Made by a program: the position numbers and the translations under genes. The notes under the pieces were generated by a model, which did no database searches, was not told where the DNA came from, and saw nothing but the letters and a program-made list of their open reading frames with translations. DNA of 64,000 nucleotides, from NCBI RefSeq assembly GCF_018350175.1, contig NC_058368.1, positions 147,438,001 to 147,502,000 on the forward strand, given 5' to 3'. Source of the DNA: Felis catus (taxonomy: Eukaryota). Of this stretch, positions 1 through 13,369 are shown piece by piece. Within the stretch, counting starts at the first letter, position 1. Every line of letters starts with the position of its first letter.

Positions 1-635
1 ATATTGCCAGGATCTATAAGCATATTATATGGGTTGTATCTTTTAATCATTACAATGACCGTATTAGATTGTTCTTGCTTTATCCATACCCTACAGAGGA
101 GGAAACAGGTTAGGTATGTAAACCTAGGTATGTAAAAGGCTTCAGAATTAGTCAAGAGTTTATCCAGGATCCAACTCCCAGTCTATCTGATTCCATTCTC
201 TTATCACATTATATTAGTATGCCTGCAAATTATATTTCAGTTAAAAGACTGAAGTCTTCTTGATAAAAATAAAAACTAAAATAATAAATGAAAAAGATGA
301 TTGACACTCAATTCATTTATCAATTACTTTTTGCCATAATTTGAGCCAAGCACTGTGCCTACAAAACTGGAAATACTAGTCCTCCTTTTCCTCCTCCCTA
401 TCATCTCCATCCTGGCCAAAGACATTGTTCTAAGCACTTAACCTGTATTAAATCCTGACATTAACTCTCGGGGTAAGATTCTATTATCATCCCCATTTTA
501 TTTTATTTTTTTCTATCCCCATTTTATTTATTTTTTGAAAACCAAGGTTAGTCAACTGTTGAAGTTGAAAATCCTGATTCCTGAGTCTGAAACCTTTATC
601 TTTTTAATGTTTATTTTTTATACTTTGTAGATATC

Positions 636-657
636 ACACACACACACACACACACAC

Positions 658-688
<31 letters not shown>

Positions 689-712
689 ATATAATGTATA
701 TGTATATATATG
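636..712. repeat. (CA)n(TA)n compound microsatellite
   Basis: Direct reading. Confidence 0.95.
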
Positions 713-779
713 TAATGTTTTATTTTATATAAATAACTTCATATTTTAATGCTATATATAATATGTGCTAATAAATTAG

Positions 780-1560
780 AAAATATTCTTAAATTATACT
801 ATTGTATCAGAATAGATAAATTTAACAGAAATGATAAATTATCAAAAATGGAAAAGGAATAACAAGTGCTCCATTCATTATGGAAGACCCTAGAAATAGT
901 ATTCACAAAGTACCCAACAAACAGATAAGATTGCTTAGTAGGTGAGTTATTCCAAAACTTTAAGAAACAGAAAAACTCTTAAAGTACTCCAAAGAAGAGA
1001 AGCTTTCTAAATAATTCTACAAGTATAGCATTTCCCTAGTACCAAGCTTGATAAACATCGCTCAAAATGTCATTGATAAAAACAGATGTAAACATCCCAA
1101 GTAAAATATTAGAAACCATATTTTGCTGTATTTCTAATGACATGCAATGATTAATAACTAAAATCCATAATTCATAAGTAATTTAATAATTAAAAATACT
1201 GTCCCACTAATAAAGAAGCAGCCCAGTAAGTGTCTGAACTGATGCAAATACATCATAAATTTAGTGTATGATGAGTGCTTCATTTTCTAAGTTTTGGTAA
1301 GTTGTGTTGGGACACATAGCTAATCATCTGGTAGAAAAAGCAAAGAGCAATTCTTACACACTTAAATTTCTGCCAAAAGCAGAAATCATAAAGGAAAATA
1401 TGGTTATATTTTACAAAATAAGTTTAGCTGTTACATAACAAACATAATAAACACAGAGACAAATGAAACATGCTTTTAATATATACCTCACTTCCTTAAT
1501 GTTTGGGGTGAAAAGTGAGGCTTGACATGAGCACCCTACATAAAAGTGAGATCCACTCCT
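780..1560 (+). mobile_element. Ancient L1M fragments
   Basis: Decayed ORF2-like, A-rich sequence (acagatgtaaacatcccaagtaaaatattag). Confidence 0.55.
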
Positions 1561-3371
1561 GAAATCCCGACCCCCTTCTTTTAACCTGCTAGACAATTTC
1601 CTTTGTTTATTCTCTAATCCCATCCATTTAACTCATTGAATTTAAGCTGTATCTGAGCAAGGTTTGCCGCCTGTTTTGTTCATTCTTGTAGTTCTATCAC
1701 CCAAAACAGTTCCTGGCATCTATCTCTGCTCAATAAAAAGTTGTGGAATAAATAAATCATAAGACTACGTGTCGTGATCAATTTTATGGTTAAAAATATT
1801 ACTTTGAGGTATTTATTCATTGAAATGTCTTTAAATACAGACACCAAATGACACGATTATGGCTTTTCTTCAATGAGTGTATACTTATCAGTTCAAAAAT
1901 AATTAAAACTTTAGAGTAAGTATGAGGAATTAATTGCCCCTCAAAAAAACTGCCAATGTTCTTTCTTATCACATAAAAAGGAGCAAAGCCTTAGATTTTA
2001 TAAGTGACTGCATACAATCCTTTGCCATATACCTTTTTCAGAAAGACGTGTTTTCAGAGCTTTCAGACTAGCAGTGGAAATCACACAATTATTGAGGTCA
2101 CAAGCACACAAATAGTTTTAGAACCACTGAGGCTTTTAAGAAAGGAGAAGTATACTTGCCCAAAGGGGAATAAACAGCAGTTAGCTGTGACATAAAGATT
2201 GTCATTACATACAAAAAAACTCTAAACAGAGCTTTGGGCTCCTGGGCAGACACAGCTTCCTGGGCTGTCTTTTCCCCTCTGCCAAGTACATCTGGGTGTA
2301 GCAGGTGTGACTGCATGGCAGGAGGAGGGAAAGAAGTTATGGTTGAAGGAAAGTTATTGCTGGTGGAGCTTATGGGAGTCATCCCCCAGGCACTGGGACA
2401 ATTAGTAGATCAAAGGGCTACCTGCAACTCCTCCACCTGACAATTTAAACCACCACCAAGTGCTTTGATTTTGTTGCACATAGTTTTCTGGTCAACCCTT
2501 GATAATAAAATGACAAACTAGAGCTTACTGTCTATCTTCCATATACAATTACAACTACTTTATTGCAATTTGATAATTTCAGGTAAAACCCAAATCTTGC
2601 TTATAAAGTGTTTATAAATTAGACAGCTATGGAAACAAGTGGGTCATTTATTTAGTCTGCTCTTAGAGTTTGCCACTACTAAAGTATTTATTGCCTTCTA
2701 AAAGTGTATCACTTGTGCCATAAATTACAGGTCAATGCATCAGTGCTTCAAACAGATAAGAATTTATTAAATGAGTTAATGGGTCTATCAAAGGAACACA
2801 TTTTTTTTTAAACCAGGGAAAGATTTATACACCAACACAGTTGTTTTTAATTCATGTTTTTCATTCATCCCTGCAGGGGCAAATTTAGCCAACAAATAGG
2901 AAGTGCCTAGTACATATAAGGCACCATGGTTGGAGCTGGATATACACATTAGGGAACAAAACATATGCTTTTTCTGCCTACATAGTGTTTACAATACATT
3001 CGGAACAAGAAATGAAATAAATAAGTTATTAAGTGATTTTATAGCTATGATTTTTAAAAATGCCATAATTCAAAAAAACAGTGACAAAGAATAATGACAG
3101 GGGTATATGTGTACATGTTGGAGCATTGGTAACTTGGATAAGGTTATCAGAGAGATTCTCTGAGGTTGTTCAGTTTAAGCTGAGCAATGAAGTGGGAGAA
3201 GAAAATGGCAACATTTAGAAGGAGACAGAAATAAATGCAGAAATAGAAAAACTACAGAAATAGAGTTAGATGGTAGTTTCAACAAGATGATGAATGCTTT
3301 AAAGACCCAAAAGGAAATATATATGCAAAAAAGAAAACTAAGGGTAGGATTTGTTGCATACAATTTAGCAG

Positions 3372-3373
<2 letters not shown>

Positions 3374-3446
<73 letters not shown>

Positions 3447-3447
3447 A
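3374..3447. repeat. (TA)n(TG)n compound microsatellite
   Basis: Direct reading. Confidence 0.95.
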
Positions 3448-4529
3448 TGATATAAAAATACCAGTAGATAGCCTAATAATATAATTTGCAGGAAATGAAG
3501 TTAGGTTATTTTGTGATTCTATGGACAGAGAATACATCATATAATAGTAATAAATGTTATACTAAATTCAAAATGAAAAGAAAAAGGAAAACTCCAGTGA
3601 AGGCAAAAGAAAAACAAAATTATGAAAAAAAATAATGGCACAGATAAATATTATTTGGAAAAAAGTGGTCTGATAGAAAAAACAGCAAAACAAGAGATGA
3701 AAATTAAGAATGTATTTGCAAAATTTGAAAGGACAGATTAGAGCGTGTGGCATTATTTAAGGAAGGCGCATCCCTGGAATTCTCTGTTGGTTTTTTGGCA
3801 AGCCTGTTGAATAAATACGTAGACTACTTGGAGAGATTCCAAATGAAACAGCTAAAATGATGAAAGGAATGGCTTACAAGGACAGATTAAAGGAAGAAAT
3901 ATGTACAACTTTAGCATGTCAGGAACTAAAGAAGAAACATTATGGTTTACAAATATTTGAAACATGTAAATTTGAGGAAAAAGAATTCTTTGTGTGTAAG
4001 GTTGCACAATTTTGAGTATGCTGAAAAGGAAAAAAGAAATATTCTCCAAGTAATAATGTTGTTTTCCAGGAAAAACCATTTGGACAAATGATCCAAGGTG
4101 GGCAAGGATTAAGACCAGCAAGCAGACATAGACATTCCCAGTAACCTAAACTATGCAAACCTCAAAACACATAGAGGCCCATCTGGATAGGACAAAGTAG
4201 GTCACGACACAACTGCAGAAATCTTCCTATCTCCCAGATGTGCCTTGAATTTAAAAAGGATCCTTCCCTGGATCTGGGTTTTTCTCTGTAATTGTGCTAT
4301 AGTGAAGTAAATCCTGGACTTGGGTTTGTAAGTCTGAGTGCTGACCACTTACCCTATTCTCATTTATATCCTCATCTGCCCATAAGGTTAATAATAACCC
4401 CCAAGATGGTCATGAGGTTTAAAAGAGCTGTTGCATATGAAAACATATTGTATGTGCTTAAAAGCAATGCTTTGAGCGCAACACGTCAAAAGCTGTAGGA
4501 TGAAGACTGTCAAAAAGCATGATGCCTGG

Positions 4530-5900
4530 GACTAGGCCATTATATCTGTCTTCCTGGTCTAGGAGAAATCCACTCTCCCCTGAGTCACTGTTTACCCACA
4601 GCGCTCTTAATTGGATACTGTTTTCTCTCCCAAAGATTCTAGACCTCAGATGCGGCATTACTCTTTCCCACTCTTCAAAGCAACTTACTGAACATGCTTT
4701 CTCCTTCCTTTCAAATAACAAACAAAAAACAAAAACAAACAAACAAAACCCCCACCTGGGTTTAATTTCATGTAACAGATAACTATTTCCCAACACTATA
4801 CCCTTATTATTATAGTTATCTCCTGATTGCTGCACTATATCCCCTCATTCCTTGAAAATTTCTGTTCCTGGTTCACTGTCATTCTCTCCAACATTTTTTT
4901 CTTGTGTAACTTTTTGGGATTTCAATACCCACATAAATTTTTTTTTACAACATGCCTTGACTTTTATTCTAAGGATCTTGTCTTCTATCCTCTCTCAACC
5001 ATAACCCTTATGATGATGTTCCCAAATTTATAATTATCAATAAATTGCAATTCCCATATGATTTTGGCAGTGCCCATGATATTTCCCATAATATCACTTT
5101 CTATCTTACTTGTTCATGCCCTTCAAGATGTGGAACTTGACTTTTCAGCTACATCAGGATTTCTGGAACTCGACTTTTCAGCTACATCAGGATTTCTGGA
5201 AGTCGACTTTTCAGCTACATCAGGATTTCCAGCGGGTCCAATACCTTCTGATAGCACTCCAATTTTCTTAGTTGCAAAGATGTGAATGAGACTTTGGAAA
5301 CTATCTTAGTTTGGGACTTAATGAAGCAAAACTGATAAAAGCACCTGGCCTGAGAAATTCATAAATGGTTGAATACCTCTTAAAATGGAAAACCACAGAG
5401 ACCAGGCTGGGAAAGAAGAGAGATAAGTAAGACTAAAAATTAGAGTGGTGAAAAAAGTGAGTTTGTGGGAGTAAAGGACAAAGAAAAGTAGAAAGACAGA
5501 TAATTCTGGTGAGATAAAGTCTGAGAAATTTAAAGTACTGTTAGCTGAGCCAATCATGTGATGAGAAAATCCATTGAACAGCATTGCCAGTAGGTAACTA
5601 AACACGGAGATGGGAATCATTAGTGTTGGGAACTTCCAGGAAGTTTAATACCAGAATGTTAAAAGGGTCACAAGTTCATGCATGAAAGATTTTAAGGGGA
5701 CAAATGTTAGAGAAGAAAGAAGATTCTGAAGCCATTGAAAAGTTCAGGATGTCATGATGGTTGGTAACAGACTCCCTTAGAGAAACAGGGGGTATTATGG
5801 GCTAATGGAAAGAAAGTGTTTGTTGGAATGAGAAACAGGTTCAAACAGTCTTTGAAAAAGCAATAGTATAACAACTCCTCCTTCTCATCTTGTGAATCCA
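4530..5900. mobile_element. L2-like remnants in both orientations, hosting the 33-bp repeat
   Basis: Pyrimidine-rich L2 ORF-like block (~4550-5050) followed by a purine-rich block (~5290-5750). Confidence 0.45.
5131..5229. repeat. 33-bp x3 tandem repeat
   Basis: tggaacttgacttttcagctacatcaggatttc and two copies with 1-2 mismatches, starting at 5131, 5164 and 5197. Confidence 0.97.
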
Positions 5901-6048
5901 ACAACTGAGGGGGAAAAAAAAAGAGAGAAAAGTATGTTGGACCCAGAATATGTAGAGTCAAGTTCAAACTCTGTCACTGATTGCTTGAATTACAGATCAT
6001 GTGACTTTTTGAACCTCAGCTTCCTTTTGTGTTCAACAAAGGCTTCTT

Positions 6049-6242
6049 GGGGTGCCTGTGTGGTTCAGCTGGTTAAGCATCTGACTCTTGGTTTTGGCTC
6101 AACCGGTTTCCCGAGTTCAAGCCCCACATTGGGTTCTGCACGGCTGGTGCAGAGCCTGCTTGGGATTCTCTCTCTCTCTCGGCCCCTCCCCCACTTGCAC
6201 TGTGTCTCTCTCAAATTAAGAAAGTAAACTTTAAAAAAAAAA
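6049..6242 (+). mobile_element. CAN-SINE (feliform type)
   Basis: ggggtgcctgtgtggttcag head, CT tract, A tail. Confidence 0.9.
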
Positions 6243-6510
6243 GAATGTCTTCTCTTCTCATGGTAACTAGAATGGAGATGGAAATGCTTAAGAAACTTTA
6301 TTGTTTTATTATTTTACAAGAATAAATATAATATATGGGGGTTTATTTAAACTATTAAATATTGTACATCTGTACAATGTTATTAATAAGGACATCTCAT
6401 ACTAATTGGTGCAATTTTTATCATTTTGTAAAATGTTGAAAGTTAATCCAATTCTAGTTAAAAAAATAATAAATTGTCTTTTGGTTAAATGCTAAACTAG
6501 AAAATAGCAT

Positions 6511-6700
6511 TTTCTTTCTTTAAAAAAATGTTTATTTATTTTGAGAGAGAGAGAGAGAGAAAGAGGCAGAGAGACGGAGACAATCTCTGTGCTGTCAGTG
6601 CAGAGCCTGATGCTGGGCTCTAACTCACAAACCAGGAGATCATGACCTGAATCAAAATTAAGAGTCGGACACTTAACCAACTGACCCACCCAGGCGCCCC
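6511..6700 (-). mobile_element. CAN-SINE
   Basis: Ends in cacccaggcgcccc; GA tract; agaaaata on both flanks. Confidence 0.92.
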
Positions 6701-6977
6701 AGAAAATATATTTTTCTAGCTGATGGTTTGAAACCACTTGGTGCTTTTGTTTGGCTAAAATTTGTTAATAGGGTCACAGAAAAGTAAAATTAAATGAGGA
6801 TGGGATGTAAGGCAAATTAAATACTTTCATTAAACTAGCAGAAATAAAAATCTTATTAACCTTTAAAATCACTTCGTCCTATATTCTGTATCTGAAAATT
6901 ACAGAGAAACTGTAGTCTTACATATCATATCAAGTAACAATGAAACAATACAGAGGAACAATGGAATCCTAGAAAAC

Positions 6978-6980
<3 letters not shown>

Positions 6981-7043
<63 letters not shown>
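6981..7043. repeat. (AT)~31 microsatellite
   Basis: Direct reading. Confidence 0.97.
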
Positions 7044-7046
<3 letters not shown>

Positions 7047-7410
7047 CATAGGGCAATAAAATTGAATGGCAAGACTGAAAAAAAAATGAGTTTGAATTAC
7101 TTCCCAAGTGTTCTTCTTTTCCCCACCTTTGCTATTCTTCCTGGTGATGCATGATTCTGAAAGACACATTAACTCTTTCTGACCAAAAAGAACATACTCT
7201 AAACTTTATTTCTGAATACGAAAAGAGGTATGACATGTTACCAACTTAAATTAGAACACTGTAAAAGTACTGTGTAGAGAAGAAATATAATTTACCATTT
7301 CCAAAATATCTACCAGTTAAAAAGTAATAGATATGAAGTGTGAGCTTTATAAATAAAAGAATCATTTAACAAACTATCTCCATGATAGACATGACGTGTC
7401 ACTCACTGAA

Positions 7411-7625
7411 ACAGCATGCTTTAGTGGTTAAGAGAACAGGCTCCAGATTTAACCTGGATTCTAATTCTAAGAATTTACTTAGTAGCTGTGTGACCTTGGG
7501 AAATTATTTAACCTCTATATCTCCATTTATGTAAATAGTAACAGTACCTGTGCCTCAGAGACTTGTAAGAATCAAAGTGGTACTTAGAATAGTGGAACAT
7601 AAAGCATGATCCCTATAAATACTAG
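7411..7625 (+). mobile_element. MIR
   Basis: gtggttaagagaacagg...agctgtgtgaccttgggaaattatttaacctct. Confidence 0.8.
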
Positions 7626-10600
7626 ACTTGTTAACTGTATTTAAGAAAGATATCAGAATGAATGCCTGTTTCAAATTGTCTAACAAGATGCTTAAAACTG
7701 ACTTGTGGCAGTCCCCAAGTAAAGAGAAGAAAAAAAAAAAACTGATACTTGAAAAAATATTGTTTCTGGGTCAAAATTATGTCAGCTGGAAATGTCAGAA
7801 CCTTGTATTTAACAAAGAAATGTATCACTTAGAGGTAACTTTTCTTCTAACTGAAGATGCATAACAGCCATAAAAAACACTTTAAATTTTGCCTGTATGT
7901 TAATACCACATTTTTAACAATGCTCTTGCAGGAGCACTGAGAAGCTCAAAGTATGCTCATTCCACAACACAGATTGTAAAAAATGGTTAAATAAGAAACA
8001 AAGCTTTTAAAGTTTCTGAAACTATTTTTGACACATTGTTTTTCTGTGAAAGACAAAGCGCTGTTTCAAATGTCTGGGGACTTCCTAAGAACACTGATGC
8101 GCAGGGGCAGGAATAGCTCCATTCATTTCCATGTATATTGAGTGTTTGTTTTAGGTTTTGTTGTTGTTTAGTTGGGTTGTTTGTCCTGCCTGCCACCGTT
8201 GTAAATTCTGGCTTTACAGGAAACACAAAACATGAAACAAGAATTTGGCGTATAAATACTAAAGCATTTTGAATGGTCATTAGCTTGATACTTGTCCATA
8301 GCTGATAGCTCAAAAAAGTTAGTGCTTACAAAAGTAAACTAGTGAAAGAAAAAAACAAGTTGAATAAACAAGGTAAAATGAAAGTTCTAACTGGCATTAG
8401 GAGAGAAAACTGTGAAGGGAGAAGGGCATGAAAGATATAAGCGCAGATGAAGGACTAATGCTTGTAGAGGGCAGACATTACTGGGAGGGAGTCGTCAACT
8501 TATTTCAAACAAAAATATTCTCCACTGTTCCCATCTGACTCTTTCACTATTTTCTGCTCAAGAGTCATGAGCCCATTTTACTCTGGTTGTCTTCATATAA
8601 TCTCTAGTATCAGTAAAATGTGAATGGTCATCGTGACCTCAGTATAGCAAGAAAAGGCTCAAGAGGATGATTCTGCATTCCCCAAATTAAAAGCTTCATC
8701 AAATACAAATCATAAACCTTAAAGAATGTGTGATGGCCTAACCTCATTGAGAGGTTAGCTTCAAATCAACACAATGTCATCTAACATGAGATTAAAACCC
8801 TGGCCTTTCCATGTATGGACTGTTATACTACATTAAATTGTTCTTTAAAAAAAAAGATCAATCAGTTTGATGCAGACATGTTTTAGAAAAGAGAAAAAGA
8901 AAAGCTAAGACACGGACTCAACCTTCTTTCACCATAGTAACAATCACTTTCAAAAGTGCTTTAGCACTTGGAAAAAGCCTTCACTTAAATTCTTGTACGT
9001 AAATCCTCCATTCTGCTCCACGCACTATTAAATCTCTTGTTGAACAAATCCTATGCAGTTAGTATCACTATAAGAATGCATATTTTGAAACAAAATAATG
9101 ACACATTTTCTCCTAAAATATAACCCAATGATTGCATGACATCTTATCTGCACTCTGAGGTCTACTTCTTTTGTACAGCATTGAGTCTTGTGTTTCCTAA
9201 GAGTTTCATTCATTGTTTTAGTGAAAAAGTATCAGTACAAAATATATGATAACATATTCTCTGGAATGATGGGAAAATAGCATATTAAACAAGCAAATTC
9301 CTCAGATATCTGTCTCTTTCACCATTGAGTAGGTTTTCTAAGCTTAAATAGTTTTGACAAAATCTCTTCAATAATACATGCATTTCACTGCTTTTATACC
9401 CCCAGATATTGAACATATTGCTGTGAGTCTTTGTCTAAGATCCAAAGCCAATATTGGCACCAATTATTAGAATGTTCTCTCACACACTAATGCCTTTTAG
9501 CCTTTATACTTAGCCCCTCCCCCTGGTAAATGTCCCTCATTTTTTTACACTGTAAGATATCACTGCTTTTGCAGAGACTTTTTCAGCCCTGTTTCTAATA
9601 GCTGCCATGGTTTTTTGTTCTGATTAAGAGTGAACTGTCACCTCATATGCCTTTCATTTTCTAGATCCAGTTTATAGAAAGCCTGGGAACTTAAAAACCA
9701 AGAGACTTTTCTATATGATCTAAGTACTACGTGTGTTCTCTGTCTTAGGTGGTCTGGAGTTTTTGATGTTTTCTCCTAGTTTCTCATCTATGTGCTACAG
9801 GCAAGGCAAGAGACTTCTCTACAAGTAGGATGAATATAAATTATTACCCAGTTGATAGTTTCAGGCAGGACAAATCCAGGTATAAAATGTAAAGTTGGTT
9901 TATAATTAAGATCCTGATGTACTTCCATGTATGTTTTAGACCTCAGGATTTAGTAATAGAGGCTTCCCACAATGATGGTTTTTCCCCTTACACACACAAA
10001 AAAAGTAAATTGAAAACTGCACACCGCTTTGGTGATTTGAAGCCTCTTAATAATGAAGACAGAATTTTATAGTGGATGTTGTGCCCCAGTTGCTATCCAG
10101 CAAGGAAATGTTGGGGAGGCAGGAGGAAAAGAGGAGAAAGATGCAGGGGCAGAGAAATGAAGAGAATTTTCATATTAGGAGGACTGACACAGGTTACCAC
10201 TGGAGACAGATAGTTTGGCATGACACAAGCTGATACACCTCATCAGCTGTACAAGAACCTGAGAGAACCTGCAGAAATGGTGTAATGGTGAATCTGTAGC
10301 CAGGTGAAAGGCTTTATCAGCAGATGCTAGAACTAATTTGTAAGGAATGTAATCATTTAAGGATTAATTAAAAATAAATAAATGATATCAAGTCACTAAT
10401 AGCTAGCGATACATAACAGGAACACATATAAGGGTTAATAACTGGTTGCAGTGGGTTATAACAAAACTTTATCATGTCATTTGGTCTCTTTTGGCCACAT
10501 GACTTTTGTTATTTAGACACTTGCAAGCTCCAGGAAACATATACTTTATCATCATGATAAAAAAAAAAAAAAAAGGTAACTAACCATGTCTTATCAGTTC

Positions 10601-13369
10601 TATAGATGTATATAAATATACAGGTGGATATATATCCACCCAAATCACAATAACAGAATTTCTATTTATAAAACTTAGAGCTGGTATGGAGGCTATGCTT
10701 AAAAGAATGCTAAACCATTCAGTGATAATTGTTTTCCTGCAAGTACCTCATAGCTCTATGTGCATGTCCTTGGATGGTACTGAAGAGACCCCTGAAAAAT
10801 AATGGTTCAACCCAGATATGCACTTGTTAGTGGCTGAGTAACTCTGTTTCTAAGTTAAAAAACTGTGGTAAAAGAGGTAGGTTCTTACAACTCACCCTCC
10901 CTCTCTTTTTCAGGGGAGCAATGAAAACTAGTAACACCAGTTTCATACACAGCAGAAAGTCACTTTACATGAATTTGCAGATTCACCTTCACTAGTTTGC
11001 TTATTTTATTTTTTTCATCTTTCCTTTAAAAGATCTCCATTGATTATCCTGACACCTGCTGGCAAGGGCACAGTTGATCCTGGTCTGCTTTTCCCTTCAA
11101 CAACTTCCTCAAATCAAAGACTTTTCAGAGGAATTTTCAGTGACAACTAAGTGGTAATGTATTCAGTTTAAGTATTTATAGTACTTAGTTTCTAGCATTA
11201 TCACATAACCATGAGAACAATTTCAATACTTATGCTACTCCACATGGGTAACCGTTTGACTTTTTGTATACAAATACATGATTGTTTTGATTAACCAAAA
11301 GTTATTATAATCATTACATGGGCTATGATTAAACAAACAAACAAAAAAATGCCTGGCATCTTCCTTACAACCCAGAGGAGAACTGAAAAACAGAAATGGC
11401 TTGGTTTTGGTTTTCTACTCTTTTCTTAATAATAATGCAGTGTACAAACTACTTAGGAAATAAACCCCACTATGTAAAAAGTAAATTGATTAGCTATGAG
11501 AAGTCATACCATTAATTACATATTTACAAGATTTGCTATCTATTTCTCACTACCTACTCATTATGATTTACTCTGGCGTGAACTGAGTTCTAAACCCTGC
11601 ACTGTTTTATGGTTTTGTTTGTTTGTTTGGCAAGAATATGATGAACCTACTACATCATGTATCATATTCAAAGCTACTGCACCTGAAAGTGTACTCAGTA
11701 AACAACAAATGCCAGAATTACTTTCTTAGGCTTTATAAAACTTTTGGGTCAGGCAGGTTTTTTTTTTTAATTGTACACAAATGATAAGATATACAGTCCA
11801 TCTCAATTCAAAACTCTTCAAAAAATTAAAAGTTTTAAATCAAAGTACCTAAGTAAAAGTTTTATCTTAATATCAATAAAATTAAGACTCTAATTTAGAC
11901 TCTAAGGACTGCCCAACTTCTATTTTGTAATGATTTTGAGTAACCAAGCTATTTTATATTTACTCATGTATATTTTATCCCCTTACTTTACATTCCTATA
12001 GTTTTGTGAGAAGGAAAAATCACATGTATCTGGCAATAAAAGGAAACTTTATGAAAATATTTACTAAAAATACCTTAGATCCTGAATACATGTTTTATAT
12101 CAACATTAGTCTTTAAATATTTGAGAAAAATACACGGGAGTTTTAGAGAAGAGTACAGAAGTGAAATACATTAGCCCGGTTTTGGAGACCTTTGTGACTT
12201 CAAGACTATAGAAGGAAGAATGTAGTACTTCAAATTTTAACCATTAATTTTTATTATTATAAATCTAAATGTGTTCCCCAAAATATGCATATTTAAAACA
12301 AAACACATCTCAATGCTATGGAAACATTCCAAGAATAATGAAAAAAGCTTTTTAAGTACCAGAGAGGGAAAAAAAAGTGGATGTATCATGACAGTGCAGG
12401 GCATGGCCAATATTTTGCATTACTGTCAAACTGTCACAGCAGAATACTTTATCTTCCCTTAATTATTATTTTTAGTTCAACCGTTTAAAATTACCCTTAG
12501 GTGTTACAGCTGGCATTTGACTTAGCATTTATTTTTAAAGTACAGAAATTATGGTCATGTAAATTGAGAAACAAAGACATTAATGTGTGACACATTTTAA
12601 ATACAAAATACAAAACACAAAAACCTGTTAATTTCAGTATAAATATTGCTATACTAATCATAGAAGCATAGTGTTATTATCTTGAGTGAGATTCTTCAGG
12701 TACTAATTTATTCTCATGTAGAGTAACTAAAATTCACCATTGATAAAAAAAAAAAGGAAATTCAAATGCCAATGATTCATAGTATTTAGGACATGTCTAG
12801 ACATTTTTAGACAGTGCCATTTGCTTAAAGACTTCAGGCACCAACTGCAGGCACAGGGACAGATTGCATAAGATGTCACGTGCTTGCTGCAACTGTATGC
12901 ATGTTATTGGATTTTTCAGAGCAACCCATAGCGATGAATAATTTAAGAGTTAATAAAATATTCACCCTGACTGATCCATTGGTTTAATTTTAAAATAAAA
13001 ACTACTAATAAAAGAAATTACCAAATCCCAATCATTAATGCACGTAAACTGCAGCCCACACAGGGAAACACCAATTTCTAAAAGGCTACATTAGATAAAC
13101 GATGTCTGGGGAGGGAGGATGCGAGGGAAATTCCCAGTGTTAACACTGGCTTCAATAAGTTTACTCAAAGTTTAATTGTTTGGAGCTGTCACGCAAGCTG
13201 CACTCTGCCTTCTGCTGGGCTGAGGGGGACTGTATTAGAAAGGTGCAAGTTCAACCAAAAGAGCCCATTGAAAATGGTCCGTTTCTCTCCTTAAAGCCCT
13301 CTTTCCTTCTAACCATGGGCTGGCTGAAAAAAAAAAAAAAAAAAGGAGCAGTCTACTAAAGAACATGGA

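Noticed and set aside
5131..5229. 33-bp repeats as a CRISPR-like array
   Set aside because: Units are directly adjacent with no spacers, the context is eukaryotic, and there are no cas genes.
6925..7169. Poly-YI / hydrophobic small ORFs (also near 3287, 21536, 22015, 50712, 61750)
   Set aside because: Translations of (AT)n, (CTTT)n and (TTG)n microsatellites.
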